Shown here in pieces: positions 1 through 13,621 of a stretch of DNA of 64,000 nucleotides (the stretch's first letter is position 1; every line of letters begins with the position of its first letter). The notes under the pieces are model-generated. The model was not told the origin of the DNA, did not search any database, and was given only the letters and a program-made list of their open reading frames with translations. The stretch is from Malacoraja senta. Its lineage: Eukaryota. Where the stretch lies: NCBI GenBank assembly GCA_038087875.1, contig CM075979.1, positions 17,236,001-17,300,000 on the forward strand, given 5' to 3'. The translations under genes and the position numbers were made by a program.

Positions 1-1842
1 CTTTAGATATGTTAAGGGAAAAAGAGTAGCAAAGTCAAATGTGGGTCCCTTGAAGGCAGACACGGGTGAAATTATTATGGGTAACAAGGAAATGGCAGAA
101 GAGTTGAACAAGTACTTCGGATCTGTCTTCACTAAGGAAGACACAAACAATCTTCCAGATGTACGGGAGGACAGAGGATCTAAGGGGGTAGAGGAACTGA
201 GAGAAATTTTCATTAGGCGAGAAATAGTATTGGGTAGGCTAATGGGACTGAAGGATGATAAATCCCCTGGGCCTGATGGTCTGCATCCCAGGGTCCTCAG
301 GGAGGTGGCTCTAGAAATAGTGGACGCATTGGTGATTATTTTCCAATGTTCGATCGATTCAGGATCAGTTACTGTGGATTGGAGGATAGCTAACGTTATC
401 CCACTTTTCAAGAAAGGAGCGAGAGAGAAAACGGGGAATTACAGACCAGTTAGCCTGCCTTCAGTGGTGGGAAAGATGCTGGAGTCAATTATTAAAGAGG
501 TAATAATGGGGCATTTGGATAGCAGTAAAAGGATTAGTCCAAGTCAACATGGATTTATGAAAGGGAAATCATGCTTGACTAATCTTCTGGAATTTTTTGA
601 GGATGTGACAAGTAAAATGGATGAAAGGGTGCCAGTGTATCTAGACTTTCAGAAAGCGTTTGATAAGGTCTCGCACGGAAGACTGGTGACTAAAATTAGA
701 GCACATGGTATTGGGGGTAGGGTGTTGACATGGATACAAAATTGGTTGGCAGACAGGACGCAAAGTGTAGGAGTGAACGGGTCCTTTTCAGAATGGCAGG
801 CAGTGACGAGTGGAGTGCCGCAAGGCTCGGTGTTGGGGCCGTAACTGTTTACCATATATATTAATGATTTGGAAGAGGGAATTAGGAGCAACACTAGCAA
901 GTTTGCAGATGACACGAAGCTGGGTGGCAGTGTGAACTGTGAAGAGGATGTTAGGAGGTTGCAGGGTGACCTGGACAGGTTGAGTGAGTGGGCAGATGCG
1001 TGGCAGATGCAGTATAATATAGATAAATGTGAGGTTATCCAATTTGATGCCAAAAATAAGGGGGCAGATTATTATCTCAATGGGGTTAGGTTAGGCAAGG
1101 GGGAGGTGCAGCGAGACCTGGGCTTCCTTGTACACCAGTCACTGAAAGTTGGCGTGCAGGTACAGCAGGCAGTGAAGAAAGCTAATGGAATGTTGGCCTT
1201 CATAACAAGAGGATTTCAGTATAGGAGTAAAGAGGTTCTTCTGCAGTTGTATAGGGCTCTGGTGAGACCACATCTGGAGTATTGTGTCCAGTTTTGGTCT
1301 CCGAATTTGAGGAAGGACATCCTTGTGATTGAGGCAGTGCAGCGTAGGTTCACGAGATTGATCCCTGGGATGGGGGGACTGTCATATGAGGAAAGATTGA
1401 AAAGACTAGGCTTGTGTTCACTGGAGTTTAGAAGGATGAGGGGGATCTTATAGAAACATATAAAATTATAAAAGGACTGGACAAGCTAGATGCAGGAAAA
1501 ATGTTTGCAATGTTGGGCGACTCCAGAACCAGGGGCCACAGTCTTAGAATAACGGGGAAGCCATTTAAGACTGAGGTGAGAAAAAAACGTTTTCACCCAG
1601 AGAGTTGTGAATTTGTGGAATTCCCTGCCACAGAATGCAGTGAACGCCAAGTCACTGGATGGATTTAAGAGAGAGTTAGATAGAGCTCTATGGGCTAGTG
1701 GAATCAAGGGATATGGGGACAAGGCAGGCACGGGTTATTGATTGGGTACGATCAGCCATGTTCACAATGAATGGCGGTGCTGGCTCGAAGGGCCGAATGG
1801 CCTCCTCCTGCACCTATTTTCTGTGTTTCCATGTTTCTATGT
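1..1842 (+). mobile_element. 5'-truncated CR1-clade LINE (RT region plus 3' tail), degraded
   Basis: ORFs 41-844 and 869-1453 give CR1 RT motifs (KSPGPDGLHPRVL, YLDFQKAFDKV, GVPQGSVLGP, KFADDTKL, RPHLEYCVQFWSP), broken by stops. The element ends in the CR1 tail GGGCCGAATGGCCT...(TTTCTATG)n. Confidence 0.92.
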
Positions 1843-2406
1843 AGACCAGTTATGAGTGAAACATATGAGTTTTTACAACTTTCTAATCTAATAGGCTTTC
1901 AAGGCTTTCACTATTGAGGTCAATCTTTTTTTAATGCAATTCTCTGAATTGCAGGACCAGTAATTTAACCACCACACTCCCAATCCTAACTGCAGAATTT
2001 TGACTCAAAGGAACAAAGAGGGAGAACATACATCCTTCATGTTCCTCCCACTTGTAGTCAGTCAAACAATCTAACCTGTGAAGTTCAAAATGAATGCTCG
2101 AAGACACTCAAAAAACATTAGTGCAACGCTCAGCTTTTGTGCCCATTGGCATGGGAGGACCGTTCTTACAGGATTTACGGAAAAATCACTGCCCTAATGG
2201 AAGCTTCTCATGTCTCTTGCACCCGCTGCCGTATAGTTGTCTCCTTTCCCAAACTCTGGTGTTGGATCGAACCAATTTCTTGTCGTCAGAGCCAGAAAGC
2301 AGCAGGAACGTGGTTGAACGGCAATTATCTCTCATCGGTGTCAGTTAAATGAGGCTCTATGCAGGACATGAGATGTAAGCCCTCATCAGACTTTACCTCA
2401 GTCTGA

Positions 2407-5001
2407 GTGCATTATATTGAGTAGACGTCTCATATTATTAGATGAATATCTCTTAGGGATAAACCCCGTCTGATCTGGGTTTATTAGTTTACTAATATAT
2501 TTACTTAATCTCCTAGCTAATGTTTTCGCTAATATTTTTTGATCTGTATTTAACAATGCTATAGCTCTATATGAACCCGGTTCACATAAATTTGAAGAAC
2601 AAGAATTATCAATTATTTCGCTGGATGCTGAAAAAGCATTTGACCAAGTAGAATGGAATTATATGGATAAAGTATTACAAAAATTCCAACTGGGAGAGAA
2701 TTTTATTTTATGGATTAAACTATTATATAATAAACCTACAGCTAGAATATTAGCTAATAACATATTATCCTCGAAATTTCAACTATCAAGGGGAAATAGA
2801 CAAGGATGCTCATTATCACCACAGTTGTTTGCTCTCATAATTGAACCGTTAGCAGAAAAAATTAGAACACATCCAGATATCCATGGGTATAATACTAAAT
2901 ATTCAAATAATAAAATATCTTTATACGCGGATGATATATTATTGTACATTACAAAACCTCAAATTACTATACCAAATATATTAAATTGAATTGAGGACTT
3001 TGGATCTTTTTCTGGATACAGAATAAATTGGAATAAAAGTGAAATTATGTCAATAAAACCGAAAGACTCAACACATCTTTTAAAATTCCCTTTTAAAATA
3101 GCTACAGAAAAATTTAAATACTTGGGTATCAAAATCACTAGAACATATCAAGGCATGTTTAAAGCAAATTTTGATCCCTTACTTAATAAATTAAATACAC
3201 TGATTAAATTTTGGAAAATGCTCCCGAAGTCTTTAATAGGCTGAATAAATGCAATAAAAATGATCTTCTTACCACAAATTTTATACCTATTTCAATCGAT
3301 TCCTATATACCTACCAAAGAAGTTTTTTTTTAAACTGGATTCAGACATTACTAATTTTATACGAGACTATAAATCACATAGAATACAAAGAACACACTTG
3401 AACAAAGCTAAAGTATTAGGGGGCTTAGCACTCCCTAACTTCATGTATCATTATTGCTCAGTAAATATTAAAAATATGATTCAACTGATGGACAACTCTG
3501 CCCAGCAAGTGGACTGGGTTGTAATGGAGAGAGAGGACTGCTCCTCTGGAAACATTGGAGCGATCCTCCTCACCAATGAAACTGAATAACATAAATTATA
3601 ACAAAAACCCAATTATACATAGTACAATCAGAACTTGGAAACAAATAAAACAAAATTTAAAATTAAGAAATCTATCACTTTTATCTCCAATAGTTAATAA
3701 CCCTTCGTTTAATCCCTCTATTGCAGACAAATCTTTTATACAATGGGATAGACTAGGAATTAAAACGTTCGGTGACTTGTATGAAACTGGAAAATTACTA
3801 TCATTCCAACAATTACAAATAAAATTATAAACTGGGAAATAATCAATATTTTAAATATTTTCAAATATGTGACTATTTGAAAAAATATACAAAAGATCAT
3901 TATAATAGCCCAGCAGATGTATTGGATGAAGCAATGCAGATAAAAGCTGAATCAGCAAACTTAATATCATATTTGTATAATATTATCTTAAATGTAGAAA
4001 TACCATCTACGGAAGGTATTAGAAGAGACTGGGAACAAGAATTAGCTATTAAAATCTCAAAGGAAAGGTGGAATGAACATTTATTAAACGTGCATAAATG
4101 TTCGATTAATGTAAGACACACTTTAATACAATTAAAAATTTTACATAGATTATATTATTCCAAAACTAAAATTAATAAAATTTTCCCAAATGTATCATCC
4201 ATTTGTGATAAATGTCAATCTCAAGCTACTATAGCGCATTCATTTGTTTTCTGTACAAAAATTCAAAAATTTTGGATTTAAATTTTTGAAATCTTTACAA
4301 AATTATTTAAAATAAAACTGATACCCAAAGCAGAATGGATTATCTTCGGAACAACGGAAGATAGTCCAGAACTAAATGTGTTCCAAAAGAAATTAATAGA
4401 CTATGGGTTAATAACTGGAAAAAAGTTAATCCTAAAATTCTGGAAAAACGCTCCAATACCAACTATAAACATGTGGATTTCAAATATGATCGAAACATTA
4501 CACCTAGAAGAGATAAGACTCCTCCTGGCAGGTAAACCAGATCACTTCCACCTGACGTGGTCTGCATTTATAGAATTATTACAAGTATAGGGTGCAAAAG
4601 TACTTTAAAAAATAAAAAAAATGAGGTCAGGTAAGGGGGGATGAAAGCTGGAGAGTTGGTATATCCCATTTGCGTGATGCTTACAACAAAGTATTTGTTT
4701 TTCTCTTTTCCCTCTTTCTCTTTTTTCTTCTTTTTTAGGGTCTATTTCTTAACTCATTTTTAAAAAAATTCTTTCTTATAGGGTCTTTGTTCTTTTTTGT
4801 TGTCACGTTTTTTACACTTTCAATTTTCCTTCACTTTCTCCTTTCTCTCAATCTCATCCTTTCCCTTTATTAGTGTAAAAAATGACGGAGTACATTATTT
4901 GTAATAAGATATACGTGATGAGTACTAATGTAATTGGTTGTAATGTAATGTACTTCTAATAAATAACAATTAAAAAAAAAAAAATTTAAAAAAAATTAAA
5001 A
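2407..5001 (+). mobile_element. 5'-truncated, 5'-inverted L1-clade LINE with 19-bp TSD
   Basis: 2581-4590 is a degraded ORF2 similar to the intact ORF2 at 52-56 kb, followed by an A-rich tail to 5001. 2407-2580 is the adjoining RT segment in reverse orientation (PGSYRAIALLNTDQKILAKTLARRLSKY...NIMH). The TSD AGACTTTACCTCAGTCTGA is at 2388-2406 and 5002-5020. Confidence 0.92.
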
Positions 5002-5154
5002 AGACTTTACCTCAGTCTGATGTAAAGACCTCCCACTGGTTTTAAAAATCAAATTTCTACATCACAAAACATCATTTGAATTTCAGTAATAAGATAATGG
5101 TGAGTATTACAAATAATAAATTACACATAACCAACTTTCTGAAATCTTGAAATC

Positions 5155-5160
5155 TTTATT
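5155..5160 (-). terminator. Candidate RAG1 polyadenylation signal (AATAAA)
   Basis: AATAAA on the minus strand about 1.9 kb past the RAG1 stop, followed by GT/T-rich sequence. Other candidate signals exist. Confidence 0.3.
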
Positions 5161-5591
5161 TCTTGTTAAAAAGCAGAAACAAATTTAAGAAAATGCATTT
5201 TCAATACACAGAGTCCTCACAATGTATTCTATGGCATACGATTGTTTAACCACAACATCCTCCCCTACTGCAAAATTCAGCAGGATTATAATCAAGTGCT
5301 TTTGGCTACAGGCTTTATCTCTATTTCTCTCTCCATATATTCTGCTTGAAGAGCTGATTACTTCCAGAATTTTCTGTATTTTATTAGCTGCTTAACATCT
5401 TGATATGACCTTTAAATAAATAGGTGTTGTGATTAAACATAAACCTCATGGAGAATACTGTCTTTAATCATTCTCATTGAAACCATTGAATTTGTTTAAC
5501 TTCAAAATTTGCTTTGTACAGAGTCCACTGTGTAAAACTGTGGATTGCAATGTAATTGCATCCAAATCCTGTAACTGTTATGAGCTTGTGT

Positions 5592-5680
5592 AGGAAGGAA
5601 CTGCAGATGCTGGTTTAAACCAAAGATAGACACAAAATGTTGGAGTAACACAGCGGAACAGGCAGCATTTCTGGAGAGAT
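5592..5680 (+). repeat. Penelope pLTR-derived short repeat fragment
   Basis: AGGAAGGAACTGCAGATGCTGG...GACACAAAATG.TGGAGTAAC motif. The same family recurs at ~15.7, 16.6, 18.55, 21.2, 23.15, 49.3 and 57.24 kb. Confidence 0.7.
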
Positions 5681-7077
5681 GCTTAAAAAATACTTTAAAA
5701 AAATAAATGCACTGGTGTCTACTCTTTGGGATTTAAATGTCATTTCTGACAGAACTAAGAAAATGGAACTGGCATTGAAAAAATTAATCTCTACCATGTA
5801 AATTGTGCATTTGTGGCTCAATTTATCGGCATTCTGAATCAAAATCAAATCAGTGTAGCCTAATCTCATGTTGGTGACACTGCAACCTGTGATTTTCTTT
5901 TGTATTTTGATTTGGGAAATAAATTACACCTGGCCAATTTGTTTTAAAGCTTTCTAAATCACCCATGAAACCAGTGGTATATGTTGTCAGCAATTTATTT
6001 TGTCTGTAGAAAACCATGAATGTAAGTACAGCTCAGCTATCAATGGCCAAAAATCATGTGGTGACAGGTACTGATTATATCCTTTGAAAAAAAACAGTGC
6101 ATGTGTGTATTGGCAAAAGTAATGCCACAATGCAGCAGCTACATAAAATATGAAATGACAAAATTCAAATTTCTGTCTATAATAAATGTCAGTGACTCTC
6201 CTATGAGGTTACTCAAAACTTAAAGCAATATATTTCCATGTAGCATTAGAAATTGACCACAAAATTACTGTATATAAAAGAACTAAGGAATACAAACTTG
6301 TTGCTGCCTATTTTGGACTCAGATTCAATGCCATGGAAACAGCACATGTCCATGCAAGAGACCTGTGTGTTGGTAGAAGACATTCCTCACAGCTGAGCTG
6401 GAATCATTATGAGGTCTTTATCAGTACTCGCTCGAGCTTTCACCAGCACCTCTCCCAATAGGAGGCATCAATTTGAGCCAATGCCTTGGCTGCAGGAATC
6501 ACAAGCTGCATTTCATCTTACATTTTAATTGTTTAAAAAAAACAATCGTAAAGTTTAAAATTAAGCAAATACGTTTTTTATCAGAGAAATCAAGAAATTA
6601 GATAAGAATTCAAAAAAACAAAATGTCACAATCAACTGGCACTGCAGATCTTCGTCACTTTCTTCCCATCAATAACTATGCCATTGTTTATTTTGAAAGG
6701 TTTTCATTTGGCATTGCGAAAAATTAAAAGTACTCCTTCATTTGAAGTCCTCATCTTGCCCAGTTTTCTTTCATATCAGAACAGAGAATCTAACCAATGT
6801 TCCTGCTTTATATGATTGCCTAACAAGATCCAAACAATACTGAAATGCTCACTAATTTGTGATTACTTTCCATTTTGGCTGCAGTTGAGACATGCAGTTA
6901 TCAACTGGCCTTGTCCATCATACAGTGACCATATTCTTTTAATAACACTACTGGGATTTCTTCATCAACACCATCTCTGCTCCCCAGGCCTGGCCACGGT
7001 AAACCTCCAGACTATAGGCTGTTCAGCCTCCTGTGGTTAAAATTATTTAGAACCGATTTCAGCTCCAAGAACTCAAT

Positions 7078-10000
7078 TTAAGAATTATTGGAATTATTTT
7101 TATTTATTGAATTATCTTGGCTGATTACTTCATTGTGCACTTCCATGAACCTCTGTAAATATTTTGAAGTATACAACCAGTGGTGCTTCAGTATATCTTC
7201 CAGCTCATAGCTCTTGGACTGCCTTGCATTCATTTTTCTGAAACGGCGAAAGAGTTTGTTGCCCGATTCATTGCCTTCACTTGCCCATGCACCTATTGAG
7301 CCATCTCTTTCAATGATCTCCGGGACATGAGCCAAAGTCTTATGAAGGTAGTTGGTGATCTTCCCATCATATCTGTACTTGAACTTTGTATGAAGCAGTT
7401 CTGCAAATCTCTGGGAATTAAAGCTGTACTGACAAACAAGATCTGGACATTCTTTGAGTGGGAATGTAGATCGCCACACGGGTTTCATGAGAACGTAAAG
7501 GTGCATCAGTTCCCTGAGAATCTCTCGTCTTTCTTCAGAAGGCACCAATTCACACACTGCTTCCACAGTCTCTTCAGTCATTAGTTTCCTTGCAAAGTTT
7601 CCATTCAGCCTCATGATAGGTTTCAGGTTTATTTTGTCCCTGAAATGTTTATCAAGCATTGCCTGCCACCTTTTCCTTTCCTCCTTAGATGGACTAGGAT
7701 TTTTGTGCAACTCCCCAATCTCATCCTGGAATATCTTGTAGAATTCTGTTGCATTGCCAATATCACAGTGCAGAGCATCTATGGAGGGCTGTGTTTCAAT
7801 AAATGCTTTTGCTGCAACCCCCTTCACCCTGTCACGTAACTCTTCAGCTGTCTCCTGATATGGATTTGTGCGCCAAACTTCATAGCGCTCTAAGTTCTCT
7901 TCATGGCTTCTTGTTATGGAATGAAGGGTCAGATTTTGTGAAGCGTTGCTTCGAGTGGCATCACAGAGCGTACACACATACATCGAGCCTGATGCTTCAA
8001 GGCCTTCTAACTCACGGACCAGCTTTTCATCATAACCCGTGCCTCGAAAGATAAACTTAAAGGATCTGGGCAAATCTCCAATTTCAAGGATTAAGTCACT
8101 GCTTTTCATTGCTTCTCTTTCGGCGACTAGGGGACCCAGGATTGCCGTCACGGTTTCGTGGTCAGATTCATCGGCCAGCATCAGGCAAAGTGGCTTGCAG
8201 CACAACTCAGAATTTGGCTTTAGCTCTTCAAAGACGCTCACTTTCTCACCATTTTCATTCTCCACGCTTATAGTCATGATTGTGAAGGAATACCTCACTG
8301 CCTTCTCTGGAACTGGAGGACCACATCCATGTTTTTCACTAACATCGCCCATTCCATCGCAAGATTCTTTGATTACTACTGTAAATGGTCCACCCAAATA
8401 CTCATCAATATTTTGGCATTTTAAACCTTCCAAAATATTATCCTCAAGATCTTTCAGTGTTGATACAATTGCCACATCGTACCTAAATCGTCTTGAAATT
8501 GTTTCCATTGGATATTCGTCAACACAGTGTGACCAACCACAAGTACCATCTATTATCCCTACTTCAGTGTTGGTAGAGACTTGTGGTAGAGGAGGTTCCC
8601 ATTCAAATGAATAATAACCCGGCAACAAGGTTTTCTCTGCACTTCGGAGTGCATGCAGCGGTTGGAAGATTTGCTTCCCGGTTGTTGCTTTGACGGTTTT
8701 ATACATTTTATGATACTGACTGCAACTTAGAAAGGTACTAACCCTAATGGCAAGACAGACTGCTGGCTTCAGCCCTGATCCATGTCCTTGCATCAGAGCC
8801 TCCAGTTCATCTGCTTGCCTGTGCTCGTTACCAGCTCTCAATGCCAGCAAGAACAGAGTAAGGCACACTGACTTCACATCACCTCCTTCCTCCTTGTCTG
8901 CAAATGCCTTCACCTGAAGTTTGAGATATCGCAGCCGATGTTTTTGGGCCCGGCGAGTTAGAGAGAGTAAGTGTAGCCTCGGCCGGCCACCCTTGTTTAT
9001 TGGTGAGTAGGCGTGCAGCATTCTTTTCTCTTTGTGATTCTTGGCATGGTTGGGATATTCGCCAAGTCTCACCTCCTCTCCACAATCTGCCACTGGACAT
9101 TTTAAAACCAATGAATTGAGAACACTTACAAATGATTTTACTGGGCTTCTACACTCTGTGGGATCGCAAGGAAACCTGCAAACGGGACAATATTTTCCTA
9201 GCACTGCAGTGCATTTGAGAATGCATGTTCTGCAGAAAAGATGCTTGCATGGTGATTGCACTGGGTCAGCCAGTAAATGCTCACAGACCTGGCACGACAC
9301 TGACTGAATAAAGTTATTGGGATAATCGAGCATAAGGAGTTTTGTATTTAGGTGGATCTTCTTGCAGTTAACAATCTTTTTGGCCAATAGAATACTTGTT
9401 GAATTTCTTTGATCTTTTCTTTTAGTAATTCTTGATATATCGACTGCCGTTTTGGGCTTCTTTGCAGCTGGTGGACTTCGTTTGAGAACTTTCCGTTTGC
9501 GAGTCCCATTTCTTAAGTTGCAAACATTGCAAAAATTGGAGTGTGGCTTCCACTGAACAATTGTGCTGATGGGAAAAAATGCATCTTCGTTAGTTGTGTT
9601 GTTGATTGTCTGAATAACAATCCGCCAGCAATTGTAGCAAAAGTGGGTGGGATGTCTGGCCTCTGAGTCCATCCGCACATCGATATTAAATGTGTTGTGG
9701 ATGAGCTCTGGCCAAAAACTATTTCCATATCCCATTTTCCTAAGAACCTCTTGTGTGACATCATCAACAGGGCCATTGACTGGGTATTTCATGTCATAGC
9801 TGTTGGTATTAAAGGAAACTCCACAAATGCGGCAGAGATTTTGTAATCTTAACACGTGATCTTCCAAAGATTTTGTTTCCAATTGCCTTTCATAGAACTT
9901 GGCCTTTGGCGGGATGACCTCTAAAGGCATGTGTTTCAGAGTCTTCTTGTCCAAGGGCAATGTCTCCAAACATGTAGTTCCCGGTGGCTTGATTTGAGGA

Positions 10001-10161
10001 GGTGACATTTGCCACATTAGACCATGAACTGGCTGAACAGTTTGTGGCTCAAAAACCTTTGCCGCTGAAATCTTGGCTTTCTTTTGGACGTTTATTGTTG
10101 GCCTGGTTTCTGAATTCCTGAAATATTCAGGTATTATTTGCATCGGCATCTCCATTTCCAT
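7078..10161 (-). CDS. RAG1: V(D)J recombinase subunit RAG1, intact single coding exon, 1027 aa
   Basis: RING finger ([24 protein letters not shown]...CPVC), nonamer-binding [20 protein letters not shown], and the catalytic DDE triad in [15 protein letters not shown] and [17 protein letters not shown] and PIMRLNGNF are conserved. A TAG acceptor ends at 10175, 13 nt upstream of the ATG. Confidence 0.99.
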   Translation of the reverse strand: MEMEMPMQIIPEYFRNSETRPTINVQKKAKISAAKVFEPQTVQPVHGLMWQMSPPQIKPPGTTCLETLPLDKKTLKHMPLEVIPPKAKFYERQLETKSLEDHVLRLQNLCRICGVSFNTNSYDMKYPVNGPVDDVTQEVLRKMGYGNSFWPELIHNTFNIDVRMDSEARHPTHFCYNCWRIVIQTINNTTNEDAFFPISTIVQWKPHSNFCNVCNLRNGTRKRKVLKRSPPAAKKPKTAVDISRITKRKDQRNSTSILLAKKIVNCKKIHLNTKLLMLDYPNNFIQSVSCQVCEHLLADPVQSPCKHLFCRTCILKCTAVLGKYCPVCRFPCDPTECRSPVKSFVSVLNSLVLKCPVADCGEEVRLGEYPNHAKNHKEKRMLHAYSPINKGGRPRLHLLSLTRRAQKHRLRYLKLQVKAFADKEEGGDVKSVCLTLFLLALRAGNEHRQADELEALMQGHGSGLKPAVCLAIRVSTFLSCSQYHKMYKTVKATTGKQIFQPLHALRSAEKTLLPGYYSFEWEPPLPQVSTNTEVGIIDGTCGWSHCVDEYPMETISRRFRYDVAIVSTLKDLEDNILEGLKCQNIDEYLGGPFTVVIKESCDGMGDVSEKHGCGPPVPEKAVRYSFTIMTISVENENGEKVSVFEELKPNSELCCKPLCLMLADESDHETVTAILGPLVAEREAMKSSDLILEIGDLPRSFKFIFRGTGYDEKLVRELEGLEASGSMYVCTLCDATRSNASQNLTLHSITRSHEENLERYEVWRTNPYQETAEELRDRVKGVAAKAFIETQPSIDALHCDIGNATEFYKIFQDEIGELHKNPSPSKEERKRWQAMLDKHFRDKINLKPIMRLNGNFARKLMTEETVEAVCELVPSEERREILRELMHLYVLMKPVWRSTFPLKECPDLVCQYSFNSQRFAELLHTKFKYRYDGKITNYLHKTLAHVPEIIERDGSIGAWASEGNESGNKLFRRFRKMNARQSKSYELEDILKHHWLYTSKYLQRFMEVHNEVISQDNSINKNNSNNS

Positions 10162-10914
10162 CAGAAAGTGATATCTAATAGAGACATAAGAGTGATTTTG
10201 ATTAAAATAGGATCACTATTCGTGCCTTTTATTTAAGTTAATCTCTTTTGCACTTAATTTTAATTTATAAAACTTACATTCTCACTGCAAAGCGAACATT
10301 GTGCTTTTAATTCCAAGAGGCATAAAATTAATCAAGTCTAATTCATGAGAAAGTTAAAAGTAACTTAATCTACTTGGCACTCTGCCAGAATGTGAAACAG
10401 CCTCTTCCACACAGTCTCCCATCAGCGGATTCATGTAAAGTTGCCTCTGATGTCTTTTAATGACCAGGAAAGAACTGAAAATGTTATGCATGTGTTCAAA
10501 AATAAGAGAAGGATGAACCTAGCCATTTGTCAACCTCAGTGATGGGAGAGATTAGCATGGGATGTGAGATGTGAGATGGGGGTGGGATTCAATGCAGGAC
10601 TGAGGCTGGTGAGAGGCTGGTAGTCAGTATGGAAGGTGATGAAGAAAGTTCAGTGGACAGAATAGACAGCTGCATGACTAGGAGTGAGGATGGACTGTTG
10701 GATTGAATTGCATATATTTTAATCTGAGAGGCCTGACAGGTAAGGAGGGTGAAGTCAGGGTGTGGATAGGTACGTTTGACTGGGACGGTGGAGGAATTAT
10801 GGAACCCTAGCTAAGGGAAAGACTGCACCGGCAGCTTAATTTTCTAGGGCACAGGTGATAAAGGAGAGATAGAGGTGGGGATAAAAGAGCAGGGGGTGTT
10901 GCTTTATTGTTTAG

Positions 10915-11100
10915 TTTAGTTTAGAGATACAACGCGGAAAAGGGCCCTCCGGCCCACCGAGTCCGTGACGACCAGCAATCCCTACACATTAACACTATCC
11001 TACACACACTACGGACAATTTCCAATTTTACCGAAGCCAGTTAGCCTACAAACTTCTAGGTCTTTGGAGTGCGGGAGGAAACCGGAGCTTCCTGGGAAAA
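10915..11100 (-). mobile_element. tRNA-derived V-SINE (HE1-like), partial
   Basis: Shares the central and 3' sequence of the complete copy at 20466-20754. Lies in RAG1 intron 1. Confidence 0.75.
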
Positions 11101-11114
11101 CTGACATTCTTGAT

Positions 11115-11610
11115 GGATCGTCCAGTGAGGCTATGTGGGTGAAGCTTTGAACTGAAAAGGGATGATCACCCTGTTGGGAGTGTACTATAGTCCCCCAAAT
11201 AGTCATGGGAATTAGAAGAACAAATATGCCAGGAGATTGCAGGCAACTGCAAGACTAATAAGGTTGTCGTAGTAGGGGATTTTACTTTTCCCAATGTTGA
11301 CTGAGGCTGTCATGGTGCCAAGGGTATATACAGATTGTAATTTGTCGATGTGTTCAAAAAAATTTCTTCAGACAATATGTAGAGGATCCTTCACGGGAGA
11401 GGGCAAAGTTTGATTTACTTTGAAGAACAAGTGACTGAAGAATCCGTAGGATCAGAGACCACTGTTCTATTAGCTTTAAAATTGTTATGGATAAAGACAG
11501 GGCAGAACAACAAGTTAAAATTCTAAATTGGGGCACGGCCAACTTTGATGGTATTGGACAGGAACTTGCTAAATTTGATTGAAGTAATTCGTGGGCAAAG
11601 GAACGTTTGG
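11115..11610 (+). mobile_element. Degraded CR1 endonuclease-region fragment
   Basis: Translates in broken frames to ITLLGVYY.PPNS and KVVVVGDF.FPN.D-like CR1 APE motifs. Confidence 0.6.
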
Positions 11611-13446
11611 TAAGTGGTGTACTTCCATCCACATCCCTCCCTCTGGCTCTACATTTCACTGCTTTTTCATCAAACAACTTTTGTCTCCTTTTCACTTCTA
11701 CCCTTTGTTACTTGCCCCTCCCATCTGCCAACCAACCACACCCCCACTTCACCTGTATCCACCTTTCACTTGTGAGGCTTTGTGTGGCCATACCCACCGC
11801 TTTTCCAGCTTTCTTCTCCCCTATTCCAATCCATCTGCAGGATTGTCCCAATCCGAAACATCGTCTGTCCATTCCCTTTAATATGCTGCCTGACTCATTG
11901 TGTTTCTCCAGCACATTGATTTTTGCTCATCATTCAAGATCTGCAATCTCTTGTGTCTCTTTAACAGCTGCATTTATTTGATTGGTTAGTATGTTCCACT
12001 AAAGTGACACCAATCTATAAGAGTGATCTAGCTAACAACATTTATTCAACACCCTTAGCTGTTTTGAGATAAAATTCAGAAAATATCGTTTGTGTAATGA
12101 GACAGACACCATCAGTTATTGATGTAGTCCTCAAGGGTAATCTTTTTTATTCTATTCCATAGCTGTTGACACAAAGTACTCCTGCATTGGCTGCAACATA
12201 TTATGTAGTTTTGTATTGTAAGCATACACCTATTGAATGTAGACAAAGGACAATTGAAGAGAATGTTGGTTGTGATTCTTTAGCACACCTTGGTATTATC
12301 CAATATTCTGCATTGATACCAGCATAAATACCAGCAAATTAGCTGGAAAAAGAATCAGGATATACAATTATGCAACTGCTTCAAATGGATTACAAAAGCA
12401 GTAAAGAATACATTGTGTCACAATATTTGTCCTGTTGTTTAACTAAAGGATAGACCCAATACAAGAAATGCCTGGTGCTTAGTTCGAAACCCATACAAAT
12501 TATTTACTATGTATATACTTATTATACTATATTTAGAACTACCCTGACACAAGGTAACTGAAAACAGAAATGGTAGGGTATCTTAAAGATTTTCTTGCCT
12601 TTTTTAAGGTGCAATTTCAAAACATTTACAACATCAATCCACCATGTTAGAGGTTAATGTTAATGTCTGGACTTAATAAAATCTTGAAAATCTTGAAACA
12701 CTGAAGATAAACGTATTGTCAAATAGTTATCAAAAGTGTAGGTTAATTGGCCTCTATAAATTGCCCCTAATGTGTAGGAAGTGTGTAGAATGAGAAAGTG
12801 GAATAACACAGAACTAGTGTGAACAGGTAATCGATGATCAGTGTGGACCCAGAGTGCCGAAGGTCTTGTTTCTATGCTATATATCTAAACTAAATTAACG
12901 TTAATATTAAATTACATTTTTTGTGAAAGGATGTTAGTAAAACAAAACCAAATGTATGAATAGTTCCCTCTACTTTCTCAAAGATCAGTCATTTGGTGGA
13001 AATTTCACTGAAATCAACCCCACTATTTCACAAAGACAATCCAATTCTCCATTAACTGTTAGATACTCCCTGCCAACTCTTCTCATTTTTGTTAGAGTTC
13101 CTTCTAAAGTAAGATATAATATAAACTGCAACATAATCTAAAATCCAGCAATGTTTAGGAAAGTAGCCAAATGAATACTTCAATACAATTATTTCATACA
13201 TATTCTAATTTTAAAATATTTAAATAAAAATCACATTAATATTATATCAATTAAACTGATTGTGTGAAATATTTTTAAATTGTTTACACACTTATTGATT
13301 TTTATTTAAATATTTTCAACAATGTTATTAGTCTTTTAGCTTGTTGCAATATGTTCAGAAGCTAAATGTCATGGTGGAGTTCTGCTGGCCATCATACTTT
13401 TATTATTTTACATTAAAATCTATATTATAATAGAGCCATTTCTTAC

Positions 13447-13520
13447 CTTTCTCTTGCAGATGGTGTTTTTCACAGAGGTCTTCCACCTGTTTCAGATTAT
13501 GAAGTTAACTCTGCAATAAA
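13447..13520 (-). other. RAG1: Predicted non-coding exon 1 of RAG1 (intron 13446-10175)
   Basis: Consensus donor AAAG|GTAAGA at 13447/13446 and a TATAAG box at ~13550-13545. This matches the known RAG1 layout of a short non-coding exon followed by an exon starting just before the ATG. The TSS position is estimated. Confidence 0.7.
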
Positions 13521-13621
13521 CAGGAACACTCTCTCCTCTTCAAGCTTATAGTTTGGCACCTGATGTGGTGGCCTGCCTCTCTGACATGCCACTCACAAAC
13601 TAGTGGTCAGACTTAACCACA
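13457..13621 (-). promoter_or_regulatory. Candidate RAG1 promoter: TATA-like box, three E-boxes, two RUNX sites
   Basis: CAGATG 13457-13462; CACCTG 13484-13489 and 13557-13562; TGTGGT 13564-13569; AACCACA 13615-13621; CTATAAG 13551-13545. Confidence 0.6.

Noticed and set aside
5494-5532. CACTGTG (reverse RSS heptamer) in the RAG1 3' region; also CACAGTG near 7765
   Set aside because: No nonamer at 12- or 23-bp spacing, so these are not RSSs or RAG-transposon TIR remnants.
1-7077. RAG2, expected convergent to RAG1
   Set aside because: No RAG2-like ORF in the track; the long ORFs here are CR1 and L1. RAG2 probably lies left of the window.
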